Source of the DNA: Thermoanaerobaculia bacterium
GTDB lineage: Bacteria > Acidobacteriota > Thermoanaerobaculia > Multivoradales > Multivoraceae
Direction of reading: 5' to 3'
Length of the DNA stretch: 64,000 nucleotides
NCBI GenBank assembly: GCA_022822365.1
Contig: JAJEBV010000050.1
Location: forward strand, 411 to 64,410
Shown: piece by piece, positions 8,962 through 18,551 of the stretch
Layout: each line of letters starts with the position of its first letter
Numbering within the stretch: position 1 is the first letter of the stretch
Program-made: the position numbers and the translations under genes
The notes under the pieces: model-generated
The model's database searches: none
What the model saw: only the letters and a program-made list of their open reading frames with translations
What the model was told of the DNA's origin: nothing

Positions 8962-11900
8962 ATGTCCATGGCACGAAGACTCTCCCTCATCCTCATCCTC
9001 GCGCTGCTCGCGGCGCCCCTAGCGGCGCAGCGCTTCACGGCCAGCATCCGCGGCACCGTCACCGACCCGAACGGCGACGCCCTGCCCGGCGCCACGGTGA
9101 ACCTGGAGGGGACCGAAACCGGCCTCAACCGGACGACGTTCACCAACGCGGCCGGCATCTACACCTTCGGCGACCTGCCGGTCGGCGCCTACGAGATCAC
9201 GTTCACGCTCGACGGCTTCAAGTCCTCCGTGATCAGCGACATCGAACTGCACGTAGCTGACGTACGTGAAGTGAGCGCGGCGCTCGAGCTCGGCGACGTT
9301 TCGGACACGATCACGGTCGAAGCCGAGGCCATCCCCGTCGACACGCTGAGCGGCGAAGTCTCCCGCCTGATGACCGGCGAGCAGATCCGCGAGCTGCCCC
9401 TCAACGGACGCAACTTCGTCCAGTTGACCCTCCTGCAGCCGGGCGTCAGCGCTCCCGAAGGCTTCGACACGAAGAACAAGGGTCTGCTGGCCGGCGTCGA
9501 CCTGTCGATCAGCGGCAGCGGCACGACCGGCAACCTCTGGACGATCGACGGCGCGAACAACAACGACATCGGCTCGAACCGCACGATCCTCATCTACCCC
9601 TCGGTCGACGCCATCGAGGAGTTCAAGATCCACAGCAACAGCTACAGCGCCGAGTTCGGTGGCGCGGCCGGCGGCCAGATCAACATCGTGACGCGGGGCG
9701 GCACGAACGACTTCCGCGGCAGCGCCTACACGTTCATGCGGGACGACTCCTGGAACGAGACGAACTACTTCCTGGAGCAGGCCGGGCTGGACACCGAGCC
9801 GCTCGACCGCCAGGACTACGGCTTCACCCTCGGCGGCCCGATCCAGCAGGACAAGCTGCACTTCTTCCTCTCCGGCGAGTGGAACGTGGAAGAGCGCGGC
9901 ATCGCGCGCACGGGTTTCGTTCCCACCGCGGCCGAGCGCGCGGGCGACTTCAGCGGTCCGTCGATTCCCGGGTGCACCCCGGCGATTCCGACCGATCCGA
10001 CCACCGGCCAGCCCTTCCCGGGCAACGTGATTCCCTCGGACCGAATCAACGCCGGCGGTCAGGGCATGCTGAATCTCTACCCCCTTCCCAACGTGACGCC
10101 CACGGGCGGCAGTTGCAACAACTGGGTCGAGGCCGTGGTCACGCCGATCGACTGGGACCAGGCGAACCTGCGGCTCGACTACGACGCCACGGACCGCAGC
10201 CGGCTGATGCTTCGCTACACCCGTGACAACTGGGTGAACGGCGCTCCGAACGCCGGCGAAGCGAACGGCCTGTGGGGCGACGACCCCTACCCCGCCGTCG
10301 ACACGAACTGGGATCAGCCCGGCCATTCCCTCGTCGCCCAGCTCAGCCAGACGATCGGCGACGACAGCGTCAACACGGTCACCTTCTCCTACTCGGGCAA
10401 CGAGATCAGCCTCAACCGGGGCGGCTTCCAGCCCGAGCTGAACAGCCAGATCAACGCGGCGATCCCCGCGATCTTCGACGGCAAGACGGGGGGCGCGGAC
10501 CGTAGCCACCCCGTGTTCTGGGGCGCCGCCGGCTACGGGGCGCTGTGGAACATCGCGCCCTGGGAGAACAAGCAGGACCTGATGGTGCTCAAGGACGACT
10601 ACTCGCAGGTCTTCGGCAAACACTGGCTCAAGGTGGGCGCCCTGTACAGCGAGAACAAGAAGAAGGAGTACATCGGCGGCAGTTCGGCTTCCGAGACGCC
10701 TCAGTTCTGGGGTCCGAGCACCGGCCACAACGGCTGGGGCGCCAACACCGGCAACATCCTGGCCGACTTCCTGCTCCAGGACATGACGTTCGGCTACGCG
10801 GAGAACTCGCACCAGCCGACGCCGGAGCTGAACTGGGAGGACATCGAGTTCTACGTCGCCGACTCCTGGCAGGTGAACCCCCGCCTCAACCTCGACTACG
10901 GGGTCCGCTACTCGAACTACAAGTGGCCCTACGCCAGCGACGACCTGCTCACGGCATTCGATCCGAGGACGTTCGATCCCGCCCTGGGCGGCGACCCGTG
11001 CAACGGCCTGCTCCAGGTGCCGGGAACGGATCCCTGCGGCGACGCGGGCCTGATGGGCGGCTCCACCGGTCCTGGCCGCGGGCTGGTGGACGCGGACACG
11101 GACAACTTCGCGCCGCGCCTCGGCCTGGCCTACGACCTCTTCGGCAACGGCCGGAGCGTGGTCCGGGCCGGCTTCGGTCAGTTCTTCCAGCGCGACCGCG
11201 TGAACATCCAGCTCGAGTTCGCTGGCAATCCGCCCTTCCGCTCCAGCCTGAACGGCATCCGCAAGCTGGACGAAGCGCCGGAGCCGTGCCTCGATTGCGG
11301 CCTCGGAAGACCGCAGACGGGCATCGACCCGAACTTCCAGACGCCGTACAACCTGCAGTTCAACGTGGCCTGGGAGCAGCGCCTCGGCCGGAGCAGCACG
11401 ATCGAGATCGCCTACGTCGGCACCCGCGGGCGCCACATCACGCGACGCTCCGACATGAACCAGGTGCCCTCGGGCGACAACAACGGCAACGGCATTCCCG
11501 ACCGGCTCGAGTACGTCACCGCCCCGGAAGGTGACGGCGGCGCCGCCTTCCGCGGCACCCTGCGACCGTTCTCCGTCTTCGGCGACAGCGGCATCCTGTT
11601 CTGGGAATCGAACGGCATCTCCGAGTACGACGGTCTCCAGATGCAATACGTGCATCGCTACGGCACGGGCTCGCAGTTCCAGGCCTCGTACACCCTGTCG
11701 AGTTTCAAGGCGAACGATCCGCTGAACGACGCGGGCGCCGGCGTCTTCGCCGGTCAGATCACGGACCGTGAGAACCCGGATCTCGATTTCGGCTACGCGG
11801 GCCTGCATCGGGATCACGTGTTCAACGCGAACGTGCTCCACAACCTGCCCACGCTCGAGAACCAGGGCGGCTTCGTCCGCGCCCTGTTCGGGGCCTGGCA

Positions 11901-12408
11901 GTTCGGCGGCATCGTCCAGTACTCATCGGGTCAGGCCCTGACCGTGAGGACCGGCAACCTGACAGGGATCAACGGCGCCGGCGGCACCGGTTTCACCGAC
12001 AACATGCGGCCGCTCCTCACGGGCGCCTCCTGCGGCGGCAGCGGCCTCCAGGTGGTCAACCCGGACGCCTTCACGCTGGTCGGCTGGCAGCTCGGCACGC
12101 TCAGCGGTACCCGGCCGGGCGTGTGCGAGGGCGCGGACTTCTTCCAGGTCGACTTCTCGCTGACCAAGAACATCCGCATCACCGACCGCATGACGGGCCA
12201 GTTCCGGTTCGAGGTCTTCAACGTGACGAACCGCGACAACTTCGTCGGCATCAACTCGGTGATGAACCCGAGCAGCGTCACCTACGACAGCGACGTCGCC
12301 ACCGAGCGGCGGACGATCACCGGCTACACCCTGCCGAACAACTTCGGACAGGCCCAGGCCGCTCGCGATCCGAGGCAGATTCAGGTCGGCTTCAAGCTGT
12401 TGTTCTAG
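8962..12408 (+). CDS. TonB-dependent receptor with N-terminal carboxypeptidase-regulatory-like domain
   Basis: Signal peptide 'MSMARRLSLILILALLAAPLAAQ'. 'ASIRGTVTDPNGDALPGATVNLEGTETGLNRTTFTNAAGIYTFGDLPVGAYEITF' is a CarbopepD_reg motif. 'LMTGEQIRELPLNGRNFVQLTLLQPGV' is a TonB-plug region. C-terminal beta-barrel ends in '...GFKLLF'. Confidence 0.85.
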   Translation: MSMARRLSLILILALLAAPLAAQRFTASIRGTVTDPNGDALPGATVNLEGTETGLNRTTFTNAAGIYTFGDLPVGAYEITFTLDGFKSSVISDIELHVADVREVSAALELGDVSDTITVEAEAIPVDTLSGEVSRLMTGEQIRELPLNGRNFVQLTLLQPGVSAPEGFDTKNKGLLAGVDLSISGSGTTGNLWTIDGANNNDIGSNRTILIYPSVDAIEEFKIHSNSYSAEFGGAAGGQINIVTRGGTNDFRGSAYTFMRDDSWNETNYFLEQAGLDTEPLDRQDYGFTLGGPIQQDKLHFFLSGEWNVEERGIARTGFVPTAAERAGDFSGPSIPGCTPAIPTDPTTGQPFPGNVIPSDRINAGGQGMLNLYPLPNVTPTGGSCNNWVEAVVTPIDWDQANLRLDYDATDRSRLMLRYTRDNWVNGAPNAGEANGLWGDDPYPAVDTNWDQPGHSLVAQLSQTIGDDSVNTVTFSYSGNEISLNRGGFQPELNSQINAAIPAIFDGKTGGADRSHPVFWGAAGYGALWNIAPWENKQDLMVLKDDYSQVFGKHWLKVGALYSENKKKEYIGGSSASETPQFWGPSTGHNGWGANTGNILADFLLQDMTFGYAENSHQPTPELNWEDIEFYVADSWQVNPRLNLDYGVRYSNYKWPYASDDLLTAFDPRTFDPALGGDPCNGLLQVPGTDPCGDAGLMGGSTGPGRGLVDADTDNFAPRLGLAYDLFGNGRSVVRAGFGQFFQRDRVNIQLEFAGNPPFRSSLNGIRKLDEAPEPCLDCGLGRPQTGIDPNFQTPYNLQFNVAWEQRLGRSSTIEIAYVGTRGRHITRRSDMNQVPSGDNNGNGIPDRLEYVTAPEGDGGAAFRGTLRPFSVFGDSGILFWESNGISEYDGLQMQYVHRYGTGSQFQASYTLSSFKANDPLNDAGAGVFAGQITDRENPDLDFGYAGLHRDHVFNANVLHNLPTLENQGGFVRALFGAWQFGGIVQYSSGQALTVRTGNLTGINGAGGTGFTDNMRPLLTGASCGGSGLQVVNPDAFTLVGWQLGTLSGTRPGVCEGADFFQVDFSLTKNIRITDRMTGQFRFEVFNVTNRDNFVGINSVMNPSSVTYDSDVATERRTITGYTLPNNFGQAQAARDPRQIQVGFKLLF

Positions 12409-12442
12409 GAACAACTTCACCGCCAACGCAGAGCAGCCGAAC

Positions 12443-15010
12443 GTGGTCCGACGCCTACGCGCCGCGCCCGCTGCTCTGCTCGCGGTCTCCCTGGCGGCCT
12501 GCTGCGCCGTTCCCGGATCGGCGCAGCAGGTCCCGGATGTCCGCGCCGACCTCTGGCCCGAGCTGACTCCGCCGCTGCCGGCCGATCCGGAGCTCGAGGC
12601 GCGAGTCGACGATCTGCTCGAGCGGATGACCATCCGCGAGAAGGTCGGCCAGATCATCCAGGCGGAGATCCGCTCCGTCACGCCGCGGGACGTGCGGAGG
12701 TTCGACCTCGGCTCGGTCCTGAACGGCGGCGGCTCGTTCCCCGGCAACGACAAGCACGCCGCGCCGGCGGACTGGCTGGCGCTGGCCGACGCCTTCCACG
12801 AAGCCTCCACCGACACCTCGGACGGCGGAGTCGGTATTCCCGTCATCTGGGGCGTGGACGCGGTGCACGGCCACAACAACGTGATCGGCGCGACGATCTT
12901 CCCGCACAACATCGGGCTCGGCGCGGCCCGGAATCCGGACCTGATCCGCCGCATCGGCGAGGTCACGGCCCGCGAGGTGCGCGCCACCGGCCTGGACTGG
13001 AACTTCGGGCCGACCGTCGCCGTTGCCCGGGACGATCGCTGGGGCCGCACGTACGAGAGCTACTCCGAAGACCCCGAGATCGTCACCCTGTACGCCCGCG
13101 CGCTGGTCGAAGGCCTCCAGGGCGCGGTCGGCAGCCCGGACTTCCTGGGCGAGGAGCGGGTGATCGCAACGGCGAAGCACTTCCTCGGTGACGGCGGCAC
13201 CTTCGAGGGGATCGATCAGGGAGACACGCGGGCGGGCGAGGAGGAGCTCCGCGACACCCACAACCCGCCCTACGTCGCCGCGCTCGACGCCGGCGCACAG
13301 GCGGTCATGGCCTCGTTCAGCAGTTGGCACGGCCGGAAGATGCACGGCCACGCCGGCCTGCTGACGGACGTGCTGAAAGGCCGGATGGCGTTCGACGGCT
13401 TGGTCGTCGGCGACTGGAACGGCCACGGCCAGTTGCCCGGCTGCAGCAACGACGACTGCGCCGACACGATTCAGGCCGGCCTCGATCTGTTCATGGTCCC
13501 GGAAGACTGGAGGGCGCTCCACCGGAACACGCTCCGGCAGGTGCGTTCCGGCGCGATTTCCGAGGAGCGGCTCGACGACGCAGTGCGACGCATCCTGAGG
13601 GTGAAGATCCGCGCCGGCCTGCTCGACGGCGGCCCGCCGTCGGAACGGGCGCTCGGCGGACGGTTCGAGCTGCTGGGCGCTCCCGAGCATCGCGAAGTGG
13701 CCCGGCAGGCGGTGCGCGAGTCCCTCGTCCTGCTGAAGAACAACGACGGCCTCCTGCCGCTGCCTCCGACCTCACTCGTCCTGGTCGCGGGGCCCGCGGC
13801 CGACGACATCGGCCGGCAGAGCGGCGGCTGGACGCTGACCTGGCAGGGAACGGAGAACACGAACGCCGACTTCCCCGGCGCTACGTCCATCTGGACCGGC
13901 ATCGAGCGGGCCGTCGAGGCGGCGGGCGGCCGGGCCGTCCTCTGCCAGGGCTGCGCGTACAGCGGCGAGCTGCCCGACGCGGCGATCTACGTCACCGGCG
14001 AGACGCCCTATGCCGAGGGCCAGGGCGACATCACGAGCCTCGAGTTCAGCCCGGGCGACAAGTCGGACGTCGAGCTGATGGGTCGGCTCCGGGCCGCCGG
14101 CATCCCGGTCGTCACGATCTTCCTGTCCGGGCGTCCGCTGTGGACGAACCCGGAGATCAACGCATCGGACGCCTTCGTCGCCGCCTGGCTGCCGGGCTCC
14201 GAAGGCGGCGGGGTCGCCGACGTCATCTTCGGCGCGGCCGGCGGCGGAGTCGCCCACGACTTCAAGGGCAAGCTCTCCTTCTCCTGGCCGCGCTCGCTCG
14301 ACCAGACGGTCCTCAACGTCGGCGACCCGGACTACGACCCGCTCTTCCCCTACGGCTACGGCCTGACCTACGCCGACGAGGGCGACCTCCCCGAGCTGGA
14401 CGAGACGCGGCCGGCCGGATCGTCGCCGGTTCGTACGACGGACACAACGGCCAGCGGCACAACCGACCTCGTCCTCTTCGAGGGACGGACGGCGGAAGGG
14501 TGGCAGTTCTACCTGGGCGACGAAGCGGACTGGCGCGTCTCGGCGCCCGACGGCCGCGGCCAGACCCGCCGCCGGGTGTCCGGCGTCGTGCTCTCGGCCG
14601 TCGATCGCAACGTCCAGGAGGATGCGCGGAAAGCGGAGTGGAGAGGCCGCAACGAGGCCCAGATCTACCTCCAGTCGAGTCCGATCGACCTGGACGCCGA
14701 AACGGCTGCCGGCATGACTCTGGAGATCGACTTCCTGGTGGAGCAGGCGCCCGCCGGGAGAGTCCAGATGCGGATGGATTGCGGTTTCCCCTGTACCGGC
14801 GGTCTCCTCGTCACGCCCGTCTTCTCGGGCGTTCCCGAAGGAACATGGGACACTCTGCAGATTCCCCTCCGCTGCTTCGAGGCTTCCGGCGCCGAAATGG
14901 ACCGCATCGACACGCCCTTCCTGATCACGACGGACGGGCCGTTCACCCTTCGTTTCTCACGCATCGCGATCGCGCCCGCCGATCCCGCCGCGCTGACGGC
15001 GGGTTGCTGA
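12443..15010 (+). CDS. glycoside hydrolase family 3 beta-glucosidase / glucan 1,4-beta-glucosidase (exported, with C-terminal extra domain)
   Basis: GTG start and signal 'RRLRAAPAALLAVSLAACCAVPGSAQQ'. GH3 motifs 'GIPVIWGVDAVHGHNNV', 'KHFLGDGGT', 'SFSSWHG', 'GLVVGDWNG'. The 855-aa architecture matches ExoP/BglX-like periplasmic exo-glucanases. Confidence 0.9.
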   Translation: MVRRLRAAPAALLAVSLAACCAVPGSAQQVPDVRADLWPELTPPLPADPELEARVDDLLERMTIREKVGQIIQAEIRSVTPRDVRRFDLGSVLNGGGSFPGNDKHAAPADWLALADAFHEASTDTSDGGVGIPVIWGVDAVHGHNNVIGATIFPHNIGLGAARNPDLIRRIGEVTAREVRATGLDWNFGPTVAVARDDRWGRTYESYSEDPEIVTLYARALVEGLQGAVGSPDFLGEERVIATAKHFLGDGGTFEGIDQGDTRAGEEELRDTHNPPYVAALDAGAQAVMASFSSWHGRKMHGHAGLLTDVLKGRMAFDGLVVGDWNGHGQLPGCSNDDCADTIQAGLDLFMVPEDWRALHRNTLRQVRSGAISEERLDDAVRRILRVKIRAGLLDGGPPSERALGGRFELLGAPEHREVARQAVRESLVLLKNNDGLLPLPPTSLVLVAGPAADDIGRQSGGWTLTWQGTENTNADFPGATSIWTGIERAVEAAGGRAVLCQGCAYSGELPDAAIYVTGETPYAEGQGDITSLEFSPGDKSDVELMGRLRAAGIPVVTIFLSGRPLWTNPEINASDAFVAAWLPGSEGGGVADVIFGAAGGGVAHDFKGKLSFSWPRSLDQTVLNVGDPDYDPLFPYGYGLTYADEGDLPELDETRPAGSSPVRTTDTTASGTTDLVLFEGRTAEGWQFYLGDEADWRVSAPDGRGQTRRRVSGVVLSAVDRNVQEDARKAEWRGRNEAQIYLQSSPIDLDAETAAGMTLEIDFLVEQAPAGRVQMRMDCGFPCTGGLLVTPVFSGVPEGTWDTLQIPLRCFEASGAEMDRIDTPFLITTDGPFTLRFSRIAIAPADPAALTAGC

Positions 15011-15026
15011 GCGAGGAGAACACGCC

Positions 15027-16658
15027 ATGCTGACGGCGAAGATCACGACCCTCGACTGGACCGTCGTCGCCCTCTACTTCGCCGGCGTCTTCGCCATCGC
15101 GCTCTGGGCCATCCGGCGGGTCCGGCACGGCGAACGCACCTCGTCGAGCTACTTCCTCGCCGGCCGCAACGTCGGCTGGTTCGTCGTCGGCGCTTCCCTC
15201 TTCGCCTCGAACATCGGCTCGGAGCACCTCGTCGGACTGGCCGGCACCGGCGCCCAGAGCGGCCTCGTTCTCGGCCAGTTCGAGCTCCAGGCCTCGCTGA
15301 TCCTGCTCATTCTCGGCTGGCTCTTCGTGCCGTTCTACGTCAAGAGCGGCATCTTCACGATGCCCGAGTTCCTCGAGCGGCGCTACTCGCCCGCGGCCCG
15401 CTGGTACCTCTCGGTGATCTCGGTCATCGGCTACGTCCTGACCAAGATCTCGGTGACGATCTACGCGGGCGGCGTCGTCTTCGAGACCCTGATGGGCATC
15501 AACTTCTGGACGGGCGCCCTGGTGGTCGTCGTGATCACGGGGGTCTACACCGTCCTCGGCGGTCTCCGCGCCGTCGTCTACACGGACCTCCTGCAGGCGA
15601 TCGTCCTGATCGTCGGCGCTTCCACCGTGACGATCCTCGGCCTCGCCGAACTCGGCGGCTGGCGCGTCATGGTCGAGACCGCCGGTCCCGGCTTCTTCGA
15701 CATGTGGAAGCCGATGTCCGACCCGGACTTCCCGTGGACCGGCATCGCCTTCGGCGCGCCGATCATCGCGGTCTGGTACTGGTGCACCGACCAGTTCATC
15801 GTCCAGCGGGCGCTGTCGGCCCGCGGCATCGACGACGCCCGGCGCGGCACGATTCTGGCCGGCTTCCTCAAGCAGTTGCCGCTGTTCCTGTTCGTCGTGC
15901 CGGGCGTGATCGCCTACTGCCTGGCCCAGTCCGGGAAGCTCGAACTCGCCTCCTCCGACCAGGCGCTGCCGGCCCTGGTCGTGGCGCTCCTGCCGGCGGG
16001 CTTCAGGGGCCTCGTCGTCGCCGGCCTGCTGGCGGCCCTGATGAGCAGCCTCTCCTCCGTTTTCAACTCCTGCTCGACGCTGATCACGATCGACATCTAC
16101 AAGAAGCTCCACCCCGGCGTCTCGGAACGCCGCCTGGTCCTGGTCGGGCAGACGGCGACGATCGGCCTGGTCGGCCTGGGACTGCTCTGGATCCCGCTGA
16201 TGCAGAACATCTCGGGCACGCTCTACCAGTACCTCCAGAGCGTCCAGGGGTACATCTCGCCGCCGATTACCGCGGTGTTCCTGCTGGGGCTCTTCTGGAA
16301 GCGCCTCAACGCCCAGGGCGCGATCGCGTCACTCGCCGTCGGCTTCGTCCTGGGCATGGGCCGGCTCATCGCGGAGCTGAACAAGGACAGCCTGAGCGGC
16401 TTCCTCTACACCTTCGCCGACATCAACTTCATGCACGTCGCGATCTTCCTGTTCCTGATCTGCGCCGCCGTGCTGGTCGCGGTCAGCCTCTGGTTCCCGC
16501 CGCCCTCCGAGCAGCGCGTCGCCGGCCTGACCTGGAGCCGGGCCGGCAACGCCGACCTCCTGGCCGAATCCGACCCGGCCAAGCGCCGGCTGGACCGGAC
16601 GCTGTCGGTCGTTCTGGTGCTGATCGTCGCCGCGGTGATGGTCTACTTCTCGGGGTAG
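15027..16658 (+). CDS. sodium:solute symporter (SSS family, SGLT-like sugar transporter)
   Basis: SD 'GAGGAGAA' precedes ATG. 'YFLAGR' and 'GSEHLVGLAGTGAQSG' motifs typical of SGLT/SSF, with 13-14 TM helices. Confidence 0.9.
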   Translation: MLTAKITTLDWTVVALYFAGVFAIALWAIRRVRHGERTSSSYFLAGRNVGWFVVGASLFASNIGSEHLVGLAGTGAQSGLVLGQFELQASLILLILGWLFVPFYVKSGIFTMPEFLERRYSPAARWYLSVISVIGYVLTKISVTIYAGGVVFETLMGINFWTGALVVVVITGVYTVLGGLRAVVYTDLLQAIVLIVGASTVTILGLAELGGWRVMVETAGPGFFDMWKPMSDPDFPWTGIAFGAPIIAVWYWCTDQFIVQRALSARGIDDARRGTILAGFLKQLPLFLFVVPGVIAYCLAQSGKLELASSDQALPALVVALLPAGFRGLVVAGLLAALMSSLSSVFNSCSTLITIDIYKKLHPGVSERRLVLVGQTATIGLVGLGLLWIPLMQNISGTLYQYLQSVQGYISPPITAVFLLGLFWKRLNAQGAIASLAVGFVLGMGRLIAELNKDSLSGFLYTFADINFMHVAIFLFLICAAVLVAVSLWFPPPSEQRVAGLTWSRAGNADLLAESDPAKRRLDRTLSVVLVLIVAAVMVYFSG

Positions 16659-16671
16659 TAGCGCCGCTTCC

Positions 16672-16812
16672 CACTGGGTGCGCCGGCGTCCCCGCCGGCT
16701 GCTGAGGAAACGGGTCGGCCGGAGGCCGGCTCCGCCTCCGTTTCCGCTGGGTGCGCGGGTCTTCTGACCCGCCGCCGCCGAAGGCGGCTTTGAATCGCCG
16801 GCCGAAGGCCGC
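16672..16812. repeat. REP/MITE-like repeat (B-type head 'CACTGGGTGCGCCGGCGTCCCCGCCGGC' + R-arm + internal segment)
   Basis: 'CCGCTGGGTGCGCGGGTCTTCTGACCCGCCGCCGCCGAAGGCGGCTTTGAATCGCCGGCCGAAGGCCGCC' is the reverse complement of the F-arm/internal consensus. It lies between the symporter stop and vapB. Confidence 0.8.
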
Positions 16813-16873
16813 CAATTCTCCCGCAGCCGAACGTCATCTTGACAGCTCTGGTGAATAGCATCATGATGCCTCC

Positions 16874-17161
16874 ATGCGAACCACCGTCACGCTCGACGCC
16901 GACACGGAGTCCCTGCTGCGCGAAGCGATGCGGCAACGGGGACAGACCTTCAAGCAGGCCCTGAACGACGCGGTCCGACAGGGTCTGGCGGGAATTGCCG
17001 GCGATCCGGAGCGCCCGCCGTTCGTCCAGCGGACCTTTCCCATGGGCCTGCGGGCCGGCTATGACCTCGGAAAGCTGTCCGCCCTCGAAGCCGAAATGGA
17101 TGTCGAGGCGTTCCTCGAGGTGACCCGTCGCCTGACGGCTGAAGGCTCCGGGACGGAATGA
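16874..17161 (+). CDS. vapB: type II antitoxin, VapB-like (ribbon-helix-helix)
   Basis: 95 aa. Its stop overlaps the downstream PIN gene start in 'ATGA' (17158-17161). Confidence 0.65.
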   Translation: MRTTVTLDADTESLLREAMRQRGQTFKQALNDAVRQGLAGIAGDPERPPFVQRTFPMGLRAGYDLGKLSALEAEMDVEAFLEVTRRLTAEGSGTE

Positions 17162-17610
17162 TCGTTCCGGACGCGAACCTCCTTCTGTACTCGGTCGATT
17201 CAGCCAGCCCGTTCCACGCGCCCGCGGCGAAGTGGTGGAACGGCTGCCTGAGCGGCTCGATTCCGGTCGGACTCTGCCAGCCGGTTCTCTTCGCCTTCCT
17301 CCGGATCAGCACGAACCGGCGCGCCTTCAGGGAACCGCTCCCGCTCGAGACTGCGGGCGATCTCGTGGCCGAATGGACCGCCCATCCCGTCACGCGCCTC
17401 CTGTTGCCGGGTGAAGACCACGTGCGACACGTCGTGGAACTGCTCGCCGCAGCGGGATCCGCGGGCGGCGATCTCGTCACCGACGCGCAGATTGCCGCGC
17501 TGGCCCGCGCCCATCGAGGCGAAGTGCATACCGCGGATCACGACTTCCGGCGCTTTCCGGAAGTCGTCTGCCACTATCCGCTCGCCCCCACCGGAAAGCC
17601 CGCCGCCTGA
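17158..17610 (+). CDS. vapC: type II toxin, PIN-domain ribonuclease VapC
   Basis: 150 aa with 'MIVPDANLLLY' (first acidic residue of the PIN tetrad), 'TDAQIAALA' and 'HTADHDFRRF' motifs. Confidence 0.75.
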   Translation: MIVPDANLLLYSVDSASPFHAPAAKWWNGCLSGSIPVGLCQPVLFAFLRISTNRRAFREPLPLETAGDLVAEWTAHPVTRLLLPGEDHVRHVVELLAAAGSAGGDLVTDAQIAALARAHRGEVHTADHDFRRFPEVVCHYPLAPTGKPAA

Positions 17611-17639
17611 CCACGGCCGCTACCTGTCGTCCGGAGCGG

Positions 17640-18551
17640 TCAGGAGAGCGGGGCACCTAGCTGTTGGGACTGCTCCCACTCGGCGCGCATCGCTTCTTCG
17701 TCGAAGCGGAAGTAGGACCGCGGGGGCAGTTGGCCCCAGGTGTTCGAGGCGAAGGCGTCGTCGGGGAAGTGGCGGACCTGGTGGTTCGGGCCGAGGACTT
17801 CCATGTCGGCGAAGAACTCGATGAAGGTGTCCTCCTCGGGCATCCGCCAGTAGGCGAACAGGTTCTGGGCCATGCCGTGGCGGCCCGGACCCCAGACGAT
17901 CGGCCGCCGGTGGGCCGCGAGGTGGTCGAGGCCGACCCGCATCTCGCCCCAGTCGGCCAGCTCGAAGGCGACGTGGTGGATGTGGGAGTACCCCTTGTCG
18001 AGGAAGGCCAGCACGTGGTGGTCGCGGTCGGCGTGGAGCCAGCAGGCGTCGTCGCCGATCCAGTCGGTGATCTTGAGGCCGAGCGCCTCGACGTACCACT
18101 TGACGGCGCGCGGGGTGTCGGCGGTGAGGTAGTTCACGTGCTGGAGACGGCGCGGATGGAAGCCCGGCAGGGTGTCCGACTGCTTGCAGACGTCTGGCCG
18201 CGGGTCGTCGGGCGCTGTGTGCTCGACGACGACCACGCCGTTGCCGTCCGGGTCGGCGGTGCGCAGCCCGAACCGGCGGGACGGGAGTTCGATCGGTACG
18301 GCGAGCGTCCCGGCGTCGGACAGCCGGTCGCCGGCCTCGGCCAGCGTCACGCCGGGTTCGAGTTCGTAGGCGATGTAATCGACGCAACCGCGGTCGCCCT
18401 CGGAGAGGCGGACGCAGAAGTCCTCGTAGGCGCAGCGGAGCAGCGCGCCGTCATCCGTGGCCGGGCTGAGGCCCAACAGGCGCTGCCAGCGTGCGGAAGC
18501 CTCGGCGAGGTCGGTGACGGTGAGGCCTGCGTGGTGGATGCCGCCGATCAC
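17640..18551 (-). CDS. VOC-family extradiol ring-cleavage dioxygenase (catechol 2,3-dioxygenase-like, two glyoxalase domains)
   Basis: Only the C-terminal about 300 aa of the 610-aa track ORF is protein-like. GTG start at 18551 is preceded by 'AGGAGA'. 'IGGIHHAGLTV', 'HVNYL', 'HHVAFE' are typical metal-binding His/Glu elements of type I extradiol dioxygenases. Confidence 0.65.
   Translation of the reverse strand: MIGGIHHAGLTVTDLAEASARWQRLLGLSPATDDGALLRCAYEDFCVRLSEGDRGCVDYIAYELEPGVTLAEAGDRLSDAGTLAVPIELPSRRFGLRTADPDGNGVVVVEHTAPDDPRPDVCKQSDTLPGFHPRRLQHVNYLTADTPRAVKWYVEALGLKITDWIGDDACWLHADRDHHVLAFLDKGYSHIHHVAFELADWGEMRVGLDHLAAHRRPIVWGPGRHGMAQNLFAYWRMPEEDTFIEFFADMEVLGPNHQVRHFPDDAFASNTWGQLPPRSYFRFDEEAMRAEWEQSQQLGAPLS

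Noticed and set aside
602-11841. Long Arg/Pro/Gly-rich ORFs on the opposite strand of, or out of frame with, recognised genes
   Set aside because: Examples are 602..1072, 2675..4576, 4882..6468, 6505..7563, 6516..7751, 7523..8830, 7645..8868, 9019..11841, 10545..11534, 12455..13690, 13324..15033, 14943..16112 and 15704..16705. Their composition is typical of non-coding frames in 70% GC DNA. None has recognisable motifs, and each overlaps a well-supported CDS.
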